A DNA stretch of 63,703 nt, the filler included, from Reclinomonas americana ATCC 50394 (taxonomy: Eukaryota): assembly GCA_048213135.1 (NCBI GenBank). It is 16 parts of 16 records of this genome, joined end to end, with 100 filler letters (N's around TTAATTAATTAA, not from the genome) between each part and the next. Parts side by side here need not be neighbours in the genome. Positions count along the whole stretch, not along the records: positions 18,232 to 31,931 come from AFZH01020511.1; positions 32,032 to 36,705 come from AFZH01020512.1; positions 36,806 to 39,013 come from AFZH01020513.1; positions 39,114 to 42,641 come from AFZH01020514.1; 12 more parts are not named here. The stretch is one strand, 5' to 3'. Shown here in pieces: positions 25,482 through 39,183 of the stretch; within the stretch, counting starts at the first letter, position 1, and each line of letters begins with the position of its first letter. Both the position numbers and the translations under genes were made by a program. The notes beneath the pieces were generated by a model, which saw only the letters and a list, made by a program, of their open reading frames with translations, ran no database searches and was not told where the DNA came from.

Positions 25482-27297
25482 GGTGTGGGCATTTGTGGTG
25501 GTGGAGGAGGAGGAGGAGGAGGAGGCGGCGGCGGCATTGGCGGCTGTTGTTGATGACGCTGAGGTGCTTCGTCTTCGGTATCGGTCGGAACGTCGTACTC
25601 GTCGCTGTCGGAGATCGGCACATCGTATGGATCACTGCCATCGTCCTCGTCCTCCTCGTCGTCATGTGCCTGTATGTCAGGCGGGCGCCTCTGGCCGTAC
25701 CTCTGGTCGGCAGCGGGTTGGCGCTGGGCGCTTCGCGCGTATCCGTCGCTGTAATCAGCAGCAGCAGCAGCAGCAGCAGCAAAAGTGAGTGCGTCAAAGT
25801 ATCTCCTCTTCCCCTCCTCAACTCTCGTCGACGCAACGTGATGGCAAACGACGTGCTCTGCGCTGGTAGTGGTGGTGGTGCTGCTGAAGGAGCCGGCGGC
25901 GGAGTGGATTTTGGTGGACTCGGAGCCGGTCGCCGTGCCTGGCGCACCTGCGGCGCAAACGTGCACTCGGCCATCTCCTCCTGCAAACGACGTGCTTTCT
26001 GCTGCTTCAGCCACTGCTCCTTGGCCGTCGAGTGTTTACGAGTTCGCTCCTCCAACGGCGGTCTGTCTTGCAGTGCCGCCGATCGCGGGTGGATGACAGG
26101 AGTGAAGAGTTGCTGCGTGGAACAACAAATATATCGATGAGGAGCAAGCAGAAGGGAGCGTCAGTCAGTCAGCATCTCCCGTTCCGCACCTGGCCATTCT
26201 TCAACTCGGCTTTGGCGATCTCATCCCGCATCACGTCACGAACGAGTACTTGCCGCCGGCGTTCCATGAATTCGACCTGCTTCAGCAGGCGGTCCTCGAT
26301 CTTGCCGTCGCGCTTCATGTTGGCCACGTGCGGTCGCAGTTGAGGTCGGAACGCTGCGCGGCAGAAATGGGGGTCTGCGACTCCGCATCGCCAGACTCTC
26401 CATATCCAAACGCAACTCAATTCCGCCGTCGACTCCTTCTGCAGCTTTGCTTGACGTTGATTTTGTCGCTCGCCGGCCTTGAGCAAGCGATCCTCTACAC
26501 GCTCACCACCCGCCGTGCGCGGGCTCGCCATTTGCACGCTCCTGTGACTCGGGCGCGGACTCTTCTGCTGCTGCTGCTGAAGAACCGGAGGCGTGCGATC
26601 ACGTCGCGCACCCTGCTCATACAGCCTCTGATGTGGCGGCACCGACGTCGCCGTCCGCGTGGTGGCCACCATGCGCTCCGACAGCTCGCTCAACACCGGT
26701 ACTCCCGTCACCTGCCGCATCTCCTCCTGCTCCCGCTGCAGTCGCAGCTCATCCAAGTGCTGCGCATGACGCGCGCCTGCAATCAACAGTCGTTCCTCCA
26801 CCGATAGCGACCCACTGGCCGGCGATCGTGGCGACAGTGATCGAGTATGCTCCACTATAGTACAAACCACAAAAGATATCAGTCATGTTCGCAAATGGCA
26901 TGGCAAAGCTTGGGGTCGAGCGCGTACGTTTCTGCTGCGATCGCCTCTTCTGCTCCAGTGCTTGCCTGTACAGTCGCTCCTCCACAGGCTCCGTGCGCAC
27001 CGCCTGTGCTGCACGTCGAGTGATCACTGGTCGCCCAGTGACCTCCTCCAACACGCGCTCGTCTTCCTCGCGACGCCGCACGTCTCTGCGCTGCTGGTAC
27101 TGTGCCTGCACAGCAAGCGCGTGAGCACAGAGGCGTTGCAGAGGAGAACGAAGAAAAAGAGAGAGGACCTCTGCGCGCCACAATCGGTCCTCCACTCGTT
27201 CCTCTTCGTCTTCCTCTTGGTCTGCGCGATTGCGACGTGCAGAGGCCGCACTGGCGCCAGGACCACGCACAACACGATACGCCACTGCTGCGCACAT
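25199..27297 (-). CDS. Coiled-coil protein with repeated (V/I)E(D/E)RL and ECTFxP motifs (protist cytoskeletal-type)
   Basis: Repeats VEDRLW, VEERLY, VEERLL, HQRLY, VEDRLL and IEDRLL, each paired with VTGxP/FRPQ/ECTFAPQV; polyproline tail. Confidence 0.6.
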
Positions 27298-27367
27298 GCA
27301 ATGAGAGAAGAGGAGAGAGTCAGTCTGTGTCCCGCAGTCCTTTGGTTTTTCCGAGTCACATACACAC

Positions 27368-29605
27368 ATGCTTGCACGCGTTTTGCTTGTGGTTGTTGCA
27401 CTGCTGGTGTGCATCAGTGCTGGTGGTGGTGTGATGGCTGCTGAGCGGCAGGACCCAGCAGTGCGTGTGTTGTGTTGTGTTGTGTGTGTGTGAGGGAGAG
27501 TCGCTCTGACACCTATTGCAGGCGGTGCATGCTGCGCGACAGCGACTTGGGCAGATGTTGCCTCCGTTGCAGCTGGTGACGGCCAGTGACGTGGCCAAGT
27601 TCATGTTCCCACTGGACCCGCGCACTGCGCCGACCCCCATTCTCTTGCTGTTGCGCGCACTCTCACTGTGACACACTCTCTCTCTCTCTGCATTGTGCGC
27701 TCATGCGTGTGTGATAGTCTGCGTGATGCGGAAGAGTGCAAGGAATGCGAGTCGGCAGAGCGTGCATCGCAAGCGTTGCAGGCGACGATTGGATCGACGC
27801 GTATCACTGTGGCCAAGTTGAATGTGGGCGACGAGGCCAACATGGAGGCTCTCATGGAGCTGTTGCGAGAGAGTCCCACACTCATGCCTTCGTTTGAGCC
27901 TGAGGTGCCGTCGTACTTGGTCGGACGGTGCGTCACCTTCTCGAGTAAGAGTCGATCCTTCCTTCCTGCTGTCTGTCTCATGCATGTCGACGACGCAGTG
28001 AGGGAGTCATTCGCCCGCTGGGCATGGGCGGTTCGGCCAAGTCGCTGGTGGCGTACCTGCAGACGTACGATCGCTCGCCACTGACCAACATCGACAACAA
28101 GAGCAAGAAGACCAAGTGGGCCAGTGTCTCGTCCAAGCCACGTGTCATTGCGTACTTTGAGGGCAAGCCGAGTCGTAAGCGTTGCGTGGTGTCTCTCTCT
28201 CTCTCCGACTGCACCGTTCGCGCGTGCTTACCAGCAGGCGTGCTTGTGTAGTGCTGGAGCAGTTCGAGTCCGTGGGTCGCGTCTTCCAGAACGAGATGAA
28301 CTTTGCGTATGTGACCGACAAGAAGACGGCGCGTCCGTTTGGTCTTGGCAAGTCGTCGCCGGCGCTCCGCGTGTTTGCGCCATTCTCCAAGACGGTGGCT
28401 GTCGACATGCCATCGGCCATGGCCGAGAAGTTTGACGCTGGACAGGTGCTGGAGTGGCTGCACACGGTGTCGACCGACTATGTGATTTCGCTGTCGGCCG
28501 GATGGAGTCCCGGTGCGTGTTTCTTCTTCCATCATTATCATCTCCTCTTTCAAACACAACACGATTGCTCATTTGTGTGTCATGCAGAGGCCCTGAGTGG
28601 CACGCACCCGTTGCTGATTGCGTATGTGAACCCGTCGGAGAGTCGGGAGACCAGCAACGTGATTGGCGCCATCTGGGACGCCCGCAGCAAGCATGTGAAC
28701 AAAAAGGTGAACCAGCAGTTCATGGCCGTGGTGCTCGACACTGTCGAGTTCGACACGTTTGCCGCGCGCCACAAGGTCGATCTCAATGCGCTGCCGGAGG
28801 TGCACATTTTGGACAAGGATTTGGTGCGTTCAACCACCCACCCTGTCGATGCGTGTGCTTGCCGGCCAGGACTCACCGTGTGTGCTGTTGCAGGTCACCA
28901 AATACGTGTTGCCGACCGATGATGTGAACGACCCGGCGAGGATTGCGGCGTTCATGGAAGGCTTCGCCAAGGGCAAACTGCGCCCGACGTACAAGAGTGC
29001 GGCCGAGCCGACCACGAATGCGCGCAGCAACCTGAAGGACGTTACGTACACGCACACGCATGTGCAATCTGCACGCCTCCTATAACATATGTGGTGTGTG
29101 TGTCTGCAGTTTGTGCGCTCGTCCTTTGCGCAGCGCACGCAGGATGTGGGGCGCGATGTGGTGGTCGAGTTCTACACCGGCTGGTGCACACACTGCAAGA
29201 CGCTGGCACCCACCTACAAGCTGGTGCGTGACTCTCTGCATATCCTCCTTCACTGTTGTCACCTCACCTCTCTCGCCAGCTCGCCAACATGTACGCGGCC
29301 GACCAGGGCATCACCATTGCCCGCTACAACTTGGACGACAACGATTTGCCGGACGGCGTCGAGGTCAAGGGCTTCCCGACCATCATGCTGTTCCCGGCCA
29401 CCAAAGCCGCCCGGCCCATTCAGTACAAGGGTCGCAAGCTGGACTTTGAGAGTCTGGTCACCTTTATCCAGGCCAACCGGTGAGTGATCTCTGTGTCAGT
29501 GTGCACTCACTCGTCAGCTGATCGTGTGTGTGTGTGTTGGTGGGCAGGAAAACAACGGGACCAGCTCCGGTCTTGCCAGAGGAGAAGAAGCACGACGAAT
29601 TGTAG
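27368..29605 (+). CDS. Protein disulfide isomerase family member (ER lumen)
   Basis: Signal peptide; thioredoxin-like domains; VVVEFYTGWCTHCKTLAPTY; VKGFPTIMLFP; C-terminal KKHDEL*. Confidence 0.9.
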
Positions 29606-29715
29606 ACAGCAACAGGCAAGATACCCAGCCTGTGAATCACGCACACACTTGATAGAATGAATGAGAGGGCACTTTTTGTTGGAGAAAAACATTATCTATT
29701 ATGGCTTCACTTTTT

Positions 29716-30524
29716 TCACTTGCCACCGGCACCCTCCACCAGCTTCCGCACCATCAGCTTGATCTGCGCCGCCGTGAGGAACTCCGAGTTCTGAATGGCG
29801 TTGCAGACGAGTGCCAGATGCCGATACGAGGCAGCATTGACCCACACACGACCATTGACACCGACGGCGATCTCAAACGGAATGCGCGCTCCCACTTGCT
29901 TCAACACCGTGCATTCGGGATCCAGCAACCTGCAGCCCCGCACACAGTGTTCAGAGCACGAACGCAGCAGCAGCCGCCTTGCCACCCCAACAAAAAAACG
30001 CAACTGGCGACACAGCGTCGACGAGCACTCAAACAGCGTGCCGCTCTTGAGCTCATTGAACACACTCTCGCCCGTCATCCACTCCTTGCGACTCGTCGGA
30101 CTCACACACGATAGCTCCGGCTCCACATCACGACTGGCCAGCACCACACGGCAGTACACGAGTGCACCGACCTCCAATCGCGGTCGATTGCGCTTGCTTG
30201 CTCCATCAAAGGCCAACACCGACAGCGTTCCCTGTCGATGACACCCCAAATCGACCTTGTAGTTCTCGCCACCTGCATCCGTCACCACTCCAATCACAGG
30301 GTCCTCCAGAGAGGGAACGTACTGTGAATGCATGCGCGTGTGTAAGAGAGAGAGAGAGAGAGAGAGACATGCCGCGCCTCAACGTGCGCGCGCTCCTTGC
30401 GCGTGCATTGCTGACTGTGTGAGAGAGCGTGTGTGCAAGGGAGTGCATGTGGCCACCAGTGTGCACGGAGATGGCGAGAGGGAGAGCGAGTGGAGTGAAT
30501 GCATGCATTCAATGCATTGTCTTC

Positions 30525-30555
<31 letters not shown>

Positions 30556-30930
30556 GCGTGTGTGCAAGAGTGTGTGCGTGCGTGTGTGCAAGTGTGTGTG
30601 CATGTGTGTGTGCATGTGTGTGTGTGCGAGTGAGAGAGACGCAACACAACGCAATCCCGGAGTATCCACAGTATACAAGTGCGCAGCTGCAGCTGCCAGT
30701 CGCCTCAACACGCCTGCGCGCGTGGCCACCACCACCTCACGATCCTGAATGAGGCCAGCACCCAGTCTCAACATGGCCAGTGTCGTCTTTGTCGATGCAG
30801 AAGCACCCTCGTCTTCCTCGTCTTCTTCCTCTTCATACTCGCCATCCTCTTCTGTGCCTTGCGCGTCGCTGAGTCGACCGACAATGTCACCGGGGAACAC
30901 GAGTGTGCCAAGAGCGACGAGCAGCTCCAT
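29716..30930 (-). CDS. RRP40: Exosome complex subunit RRP40 (EXOSC3)
   Basis: VFPGD, LRLGAGL, YVPSLEDPVIGVV, LAFDGASKRNRPRLEVGALVYCRV, FEIAVGVNGRVWV; intron 1 is expanded by CA/GA repeats. Confidence 0.92.
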
Positions 30931-30996
30931 GATTGAGTGAGAAAAGAAGGTGGGAAAGGCGAGCGGAATAGTCTCTGTCTGTCACTGGCTGACAAG

Positions 30997-32510
30997 ATGA
31001 AGTCCGCGCGACATGCCATCAACGGCGACGAGTCATCCGCGGCCACTGATCCGCGGCAACAGGCCGCCACCACCAATCTGCAACCTGTCACCACTCGCAA
31101 TGCCGTGTTTCTTGTGCTCTACATTCTGGTCTCTCCTTCTCGCCCCTCCTGCTGCCTTGCCTTGCTCTCCTGTCTCACATACGCACGTGCATTGTGTAGG
31201 CTGACATTGTGCTTCCATTGTACAACAAAATCACGTTCTCGGGCATTGGCGAGTACGCCGGGTTTGAGTTTCCGCTAATGGCCAGTGTGCTGGAGTTGAG
31301 TGGAGTTGTCCTGGTGTTGCTGTTGTGGAACGCGGGTGAGCGGTGGCGATGGTGGCAGCGCTTGCGCTACTCGTGCTGTTGCTGTTGTCGGCGACGGCGA
31401 GGGGAGAACGACAGCACGTACTATGATGGGATCGACGACGATGAGTATGACTATGATGGGGGCGACGATGGGGACGGGCGGAGCTGGTTTGGTGGACCGG
31501 GCTTCTGGTTCAAGACGTTGCGCGTGCGCGGGGAGAGGTCGCTTGTCTCTGTGTTTGTAGCTGATGTGCGGCGCAGGCGGAAGCTGGTTCTGGTCTCGTT
31601 CTTGTACGCTTGTGTAATGGCGCTCGGCAATCTCGGCCTCAAGCAGGTGCCGGCCAACTTGCACCTCATTCTGCGCTCGACCACGGTGCGTTGTGTGTGC
31701 GGGCTCCGGATCCGCCCTTCGTGTTGCTGACAAGTGTGCGCCGACAGTTGCTGTGGATTGTGATCTTTACGTTCCTCTTTGTCAAGAACGAGCGCCCGCG
31801 GTGGCCCGAGGTGCTGCTGTGCGTGTCACTCGCGGCGGGAGTGGTGCTTGTCTCGTTCGACTCCACCGAGGTGCGTGTGTGTGTGCGAGCGTGAGACGGT
31901 GCTCTTGTTCCTCCGATGGTATTCACGATTGNNNNNNNNNNNNNNNNNNNNNNNNNNNNNNNNNNNNNNNNNNNNTTAATTAATTAANNNNNNNNNNNNN
32001 NNNNNNNNNNNNNNNNNNNNNNNNNNNNNNNGGACGCCCTCTGTGTACATCCCCTTTCACTGACAATGTCGTATTCCCGCAGGTTCCAGTCGCTGACAGT
32101 GGCGCTGACTGCGGTGTTCCGCTCCACGGCGGTCGGAGTCATCCAAGACGCCGATATTGTGCCGCAGATTGTCTTTTTCGCCTCGCTCTCCCATGTGCTG
32201 CCGAAGAAGCTGATGATTGTTGTTGCGTGCTGCACGTACGACACCCACTCCACCCACCCCTCGCGATCGCGTCTCTCATCTCGTTGGCGATGGACAGAAC
32301 TTCTCGCCGTCGCCCATGCACATTTGCGGACTGGTGCTCGTGTGCCTGTCGGTGGTGGCCTACGCTCTCGTCCGCTGGTGGTACCGACGCCAGCTTATGC
32401 AACAGGAGGATCCCAACGAGGGCCTCCAGTTGCTCTTCCCTCGCATCATACCCCTGAAGAGATACGCGAACACGGACTCGGCGTCCTCTGCCGCGCGTCC
32501 CGATCTTTAA
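30997..32510 (+). CDS. Triose-phosphate/nucleotide-sugar transporter family (DMT superfamily) protein
   Basis: LPLYNKITF, FEFPL, LGNLGLKQVPANLHLILRSTT, multiple TM helices; reads across the gap at 31932-32031. Confidence 0.75.
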
Positions 32511-32524
32511 TACAACGCAATAAC

Positions 32525-34690
32525 ATGCAAAAGCGCCACGCATTACTCGTGTGCGTGTGCACACTGGCCGTGCTGGTATGCACATGGCCTTTATCGTCTG
32601 CCCACGTGTCAACAGCGCCCTCACTGCTCGTCAACACCACGTGCGGACTCGTGCAAGTTGAGAGAGACACCGCCACACAATCTCTCTCCATTTTTGCTCA
32701 CACGCGCTGCGGGTGGTGACCACACAGGGTCGTCTGCAGAGCACAGTAGTGGGAGGGCACTCAGTGGCCTCCTTTGAGAACATCCCGTACGGCAAGGCGC
32801 CTGTGGGCGACCTCCGATGGCGCGCACCCGAGTCGGCGGATTGTTGGGGTCCCACGCGCATTCTCGATGCCACGCGACTGGGACCACGCTGCGTACAGAG
32901 CGACGGCTCTGATGGGAGCGAGGACTGTCTACAGCTCAATGTCTACATGCCCGCGACAAGCAGCAATGCCACGAGTGCCAGCTTGTTGCCGCTGCTGGTC
33001 GACATTCACGGAGGAGGCCTGATGGATGGGTCCGCGGTGGACGAGTACGTGCAGAACTTTGTGGCCACGACCCCCTGCGTGGGCGTGACCATCAACTATC
33101 GCTTGAATATCTTTGGCTTCCTCGCCGTGTCGGAGCTCAGCGAGGAGCAGGGAGGCACCTCGGGAAATTACGGCATGTTGCGTGCACTTTGCGAGTGTGA
33201 GTGTGAGTGTGGGATGTTCACGTGACAGTCATACTTTATGCCTCGTGCGCAGTCTCGACCAGCAGCTGGCGTTGCGGTGGATTCGCGACAACATTGCCAA
33301 CTTTGGCGGCGATCCGTCGCGCGTCACCGTGTACGGCCAGTCCAGCGGTGGCACGTCCATCTTCGCGCTGATGTCGAGTGCTGCCTCTCGTGGTCTCTTC
33401 CACCGCGCCATCTCCTTGTCGGGGTCGCCAAACATTACCATTTCGATGCACGACGCAGAGAAGCAGAACGCGGGCATTCTCGACGCGGCCGGCTGCGGCT
33501 CGTTGAGCTCGTGGTCGGCGCGGCTGACGTGCATGCGACGAGCGTCGATCAAAACGGTGAGTGTGCACAGACCCTCAACATATTTTCTCTCTTTTTCCGC
33601 ACTCATGACGGCACCACGCAGCTCACGCACGCCATCCCGCACTCGTGGGACACGCCGGGCATGTGGAACATGCCAAAGAGCGCCAACGGCATGCACTACG
33701 CCGGTCTACCGGTGGTCGACAGGCGTGTCATCACTATGCCTTTTGGTGACGCCCTCGCCACTGGACTCGTCGATGTGCCGTTCATGTTTGGCAACATGGG
33801 CTACGAGTCGGTGCGTTGCGCGCCGTGTCGTCCAACCACAAGTCGCAGCACTCACCTTTTTCGCGTTGAGCAGGATTACGGACCGGAGGTGCGGGTGGCC
33901 GGCTACACTTCGGCACAGTGGAAGGACTTTATCACCAAGTCGTTTACCGCGTACAAGAATCCGAGCGGTGTGGCGGCCACTGTGTTGGCACAGTACAGCG
34001 CCGAGGCGAACAGCGATCCCCAGATGGCGTTCGATGTTGCGCGCTGGTCGCTGGCGGATCACCCCTCCTACTTGCTCTCACTGTCGCCGTGCAGGCCATT
34101 GTGTCCGACTATGGCCTGTCGTGTGCCAGCATCGCTCTCGTGCGACGTGCACACGCCACGGGCGCGTACAAGAGTCCAATCTACGTCTTTGTCAACAGTT
34201 GAGTGGTGGTTGGTGCGATCCTGCTCTCGCCACGCACCCTCACTACGTATGTTGTCTCTCGGGCAGACTGGAACCCGGGAACGCCCATTTTCGTCTCTGA
34301 TAATTATTATGCGCGGTACGCCTTCCACACGTGGGATCAAGTGAATGGGCTGCAGGTGAGCTCCGCCCCGCTGCGCTGCGCGACACAAATTGCGAGACAC
34401 TGACATCCTCCTCTGTCCACGTGCAGCTGTGGGGTCCCGACAGCGGCTACATGCCCACGCCCACCGACGAGCGCCACTCGCAATTCCTGCGCACCATGTG
34501 GGCCCAGCTGATGACCGATGGGCAGCTGGACCAGGCCGTCTGGCCGCCCTTCTACCGCTCCTCAACCTCGTCCTCCTTCACCACCATGGTCATGCACGAT
34601 CCGCCACAAGCCGTCGAAAACTACAAGGCCGACACGTGCGCCATGTGGGAGGCACTCGGCGTCGACCAGAGGTACTGGTGGTGCGACTAA
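32525..34690 (+). CDS. Type-B carboxylesterase/lipase (secreted)
   Basis: Signal peptide; [82 protein letters not shown]. Confidence 0.95.
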
Positions 34691-34989
34691 TTAATCATGA
34701 AAGCGTTGCGCTGCCACCACCTGATCGACAGTTCGAATTCGGACCCACCGCGGGCCCAGAAGTGGGTCTGCGGACATCAGCAATACCCTCGTCGCCAGTA
34801 CGGGTAGAGGGGGATCTAGTCTGACCATTAGCTGGCCGTGAACTCGACACTGTCAGGCAAAGGTCCACATCCCGTCAAAGACGTCGCCGGACATCAGCCG
34901 GATCACAGTCGTGGGACACGCTCACAAAGCGCCGCTGTTTCAGGCGGTGGAGCGTTGTGTGTGAGTGGCGTGCGCGTGTGTGTTCTCTG

Positions 34990-37900
34990 ATGGACGCCGC
35001 CCTCGCTGAAGCACTTCGCGACAACCGCCTGACATGCGCACCTGAGGAGGTCATTGAGCTGCACTTGCAAAAGGACTATGGTGAGCCATCACGACCACGC
35101 TCACACACGCGCGCGCCCTTGTCTGTCAGTGTCAGTGTATCTGTACGTGTGTGCTGTGAGAGATGCGCACATGGATGCTTTGCTGAGTCCGTCAATGTGC
35201 GCGCGCGCGTGTGTGTGTGAGTGGGAGGTCGCGGTTGAATTGTCGTCAGTGAGTTGGAGCAAGTGCTCCTTTCCCTGTCTCCCTCTCTTCTCTCTGTGCG
35301 CGTATGTGTGCGTCTTTTCTCTCTATGTGCGCACACGATCAGTTCTTTGCTTGATTGAGTGTGTGTGCCTGTGTGTGCGGTTTTCTCTCACTTATCATCA
35401 TCATCATCGATCTTGGCGCATCTGCACATACGCACACGTACTTGCATGCTCACACTGGTGGACTGCATGTGCAATTGGATGCTTACGTGCGCGCATGTGG
35501 ATGAGCAAAGGGGAGTGAGAAGACTCATGCTCACAACTCGATCGACGACAAGCACACTGTCTACGCTCTCTCTCACACACGCGCACACGCACAGTCGCTT
35601 CTCCTTCTCCTCTTCTCCTTCTCCTCTTCTTCTCCCTCTCCTGATTCTGTCGGAGAGTCAGCGGCGGCGGTGTCGAGGAGTTTATTTTTACGCCCCGTTT
35701 CTCTTGTCACACACAGGTTGTCTGCCGGAATTCCTGCGTCTGCTGCCCAATCTGGCCGTGCTGCACGCGCGTGTGGGAGCGACCAAGATAGAAAAGTTAC
35801 GCAGCCAGCAGAGGGCGTGAGAGTTCATCTCACGGCCAGTGTGGTATTTCCCAGCTAGTTTGTCTGGCGTCCCTCGCTTTCTCACACTTCTCTCGTCTCT
35901 TGTGCCTGTGCGATTGTGTGACTGTGTGCGTGCAGTCTCGAAAAGTGTACGAAGCTGCGGCGACTGTGGCTCGCCGGCAATCATGTTGCGTGCATGTGCG
36001 ACCAGATTTGGGTCCATAATCGATTGTTCGTCCATGTGACAAGTCGATGTGCGCATGCCGCAGATCACGGTGGTGGAGAACCTGTCGACGCTCGTCAACC
36101 TTCAAATCCTCGTGCTGGTGCGTCGCCGCCGCCCAGCAGCGTGCGCTCCCCTCTGCTCGTGTGTGCTCAATCCCCGCCTATCACACAGGACTCGAACCCC
36201 GTGACCACGATTGACCCCGAGTGCTTCAGTTACTGGCGTTTCCTTTTTCGTTTTGCAATGATGAATGCACTTCTGACTCTGCTGCAGGTGCCTTGGTGAA
36301 CCTGCGAGTGCTGTCGATATGCGGAGCACGGCTGGCCAGACTCCGTCCGTTGGCCGCCGCTCTGCGTCGCCTGCCGAGTTTGACCGACCTCTCCCTGCAA
36401 CGAAGGTCAGTCAGCCTTTCCCCCCCTTTCCCGCGCTACCGCCGTGTCTCCCTCCCTTCCCTTCTCATCTTTCGCTTTCCACGTACAGGCTACCGTTCGG
36501 CTCGGGAATGGAGCCCGTGCCAGCGGGGCACTTGGAGGATCTGATGGGCAGAACACGTATTGGTGGCACCGGGGGCGCTTGGCCTACCGTATTCCATGCA
36601 CGTGCCGGATTCATGGATCCAGCCATGCTACCGCAAGCCGTGCTGCAGCAGCAGCGTGAGATGTTGATGCGTAATTTGGCCGCGCTGACTGCAGCCGGCA
36701 TTCGANNNNNNNNNNNNNNNNNNNNNNNNNNNNNNNNNNNNNNNNNNNNTTAATTAATTAANNNNNNNNNNNNNNNNNNNNNNNNNNNNNNNNNNNNNNN
36801 NNNNNGTCTGCACCGAGGGCTACTATCGCGAATTCCTGGTTGCACAGCTGCCGCAGTTGCACATCCTCAACGGGTATGCCATCAAGCCGGTGCGTCGATA
36901 CTCTTTCGTCTGCCTTGCTTCCGCGGAGTGTGTGCATGGGCTCACGTGTGTGTTAATCTGGCAGCGTGCTCGTGAGCGCGCGATTCGTGTGGCTGCTGAA
37001 AAGTTCGAACGTGCTGCCTACGAGTGCGCACCGGGTGTTCGAATGACTCGGTGTGTGTTGCTCCCGTCAACGGCATGCTGGTATCCATATGTGCGCTGAA
37101 TGTGAGTGCAGAATCATCATGCAACGAGAAATGGGCCTGTATGGAGGCCACGGAGCCAAGTTCCGCCTCGACCTGCGCATGTCGCGTTTCTCTCCCGAGT
37201 GTGTCGCCACAAAGAGGCTGTTAGCCGCGAGCCCGTCTCGCCGCACAGGCACCCCTTCGTCAGCTGCATCCTCTGGCGAGAGCAGTGCGTTGTCACAGTC
37301 ACCAGTCGCAGCAGCGGCAGCGGCAGCGGCCGCTGTCAATGCTGCTGGCGCTGGACTGCCACCACTTGTAGGCCGTCTTGTTGGCAGTTTCTCGTGTGAG
37401 AGTGCGCTGCAGCAGGAGGCCACAGCCTGTCGTATTTCTTCGTCGCTACAGAAGCCTTTGCTGAGCCATGCGGACCAGACGACGCACGTCACGTACCCGC
37501 GCCAGTTTGAGTATCACCCGACCGTGCCAGATTTGCTTATCTATGGCACGCTGCCGGGCGAACTCGTGCTGGTGAACCACATGACGGGCTCGTGTCTCGG
37601 CACCATTGCCATGACGTGCGTCGCTACCCTCTCCGTCTCTTCTTCTTCTTCTTCTTCTTCTTCGTCAGTGATGTCGCTGAGTGCCCACCTCACTCACTTG
37701 AACATGTGCGTGTTTACAGCGGCCGCATGCGTGGCAGTTTCTTGGGGATTTCGTGGATGCGTCACGAGCCGACCAAGTTTGTCGCCGGCGCCTCAGACGG
37801 CGCCGTGTGTTTGATGGACATTAACTATCTGCAAGGTGCGGAAACCAGTGTCTTTTTGTTTGTGTGTGAGAGTGTGAGTACTCAGTCGCGACGTGTGCTG

Positions 37901-38976
37901 ATAGACGGCAAGAATCCGCTGGTGTACGAGTATCCGCCGTTCCAGCGACTAACATCAGTCAATGTCAACTGCACCGACGACCTGTTCCTCACGAGTTGCG
38001 TCGGCAGTGACACGCGGCGTCCTTGTTGAAGTTGGGCAGCAGGTGTTGATGCTGCTGTCGCTACAGGTGGCTATTCGCGCAATGTGTCTCTCTACGACTT
38101 GCGCAATGGCACCATTGTGACAACGCTGCGAGATGTCCACACGGAGCATGTGAATGTGTTGAAGTTCAGTAATACGTCGCCACACCTGTTTGCCACCAGC
38201 AGCTTCGACAAGACCATCAAGTTGTGGGATTTGCGTGCGCCGAAAGAAGTTGCGTCGTGATGTTTGCACTTCCTCTTTTCCATCGTCGACACTGCGGGGA
38301 TGGGGGCTGACGTGTTTGATTGTCCCTGCAGCCCATCTTTACGCGCCAGTCCGAGCAGGGCTGCGTGATGGTGTGTTTCTCTTCGGACGACAAGTATGTC
38401 CTCAGCTCTGCGGTCGACAACGAGGTGCGACAGTACACACTGGACGGCGAGTTCCACATGCGGTGCGTTGGCGTGCAGATGCCGATTACCGGATTGTGTT
38501 GTGTGCTCACTCCGCTGCTCTGCACGTCACGCAGGTATCCAATTGTGCAGACCGGCAGTCCCCGAAACTACACGCGCTCGTACTACATGAATGGCAGCGA
38601 TTATATCATCAGCGGCTCATGCCTGGAGGACGCGGTGCGTGTCATGTGCAGTCGCACCGGTAAAATGCTGGCCGAAGTGCACATGGAGGGCCGCCAGAAT
38701 ACTGGCGATCTCTGTTTCGTCCGTTTACCACGTCCGACATACCGCTCTCTGTGCTCTCTGCTCACTCCGCGCACTGCAGATGTGCAATCGCTGCGCGGCG
38801 ATCCACACAGACCCTTCCACTTTGCGGCACTGATTGCCTAGTTTCGTGCTTGGTTTCTCTCCGCCCTCGCGATGCCTGAAACTCACATGTCACCTCCGTG
38901 CAGCAACACGGGCGAGTACCTGCCGAACGAGATCATCAAGGTGAATCTGCTCGGCGAGTCACTACTCGGCAGCTGA
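34990..38976 (+). CDS. LRR + WD40 protein resembling plant DWD HYPERSENSITIVE TO UV-B 1 (DHU1)
   Basis: SDS22-like LRRs (IENLEKCTKLRRLWLAGNHI); PRQFEYHP, FATSSFDKTIKLWDLR, NYTRSYYMNGSDYIISGSC, VQSLRGDPHRPFH; reads across the gap at 36706-36805. Confidence 0.8.
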
Positions 38977-39183
38977 GCTGTCCTATCAGTCTCTGTCTCT
39001 GTCTCTCTCTCTCNNNNNNNNNNNNNNNNNNNNNNNNNNNNNNNNNNNNNNNNNNNNTTAATTAATTAANNNNNNNNNNNNNNNNNNNNNNNNNNNNNNN
39101 NNNNNNNNNNNNNGACGTTCCATCGCGCGAAGTAACGAAAAGGAGACAGTGTGACAGGACGTCACAGTCTGCAGTCGTCACGC

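Noticed and set aside
34700..34960. Hairpin-rich intergenic stretch suggestive of an ncRNA or ribozyme
   Set aside because: No recognisable snRNA, SRP, RNase P, tRNA or hammerhead core motifs; GC-rich DNA folds by chance.
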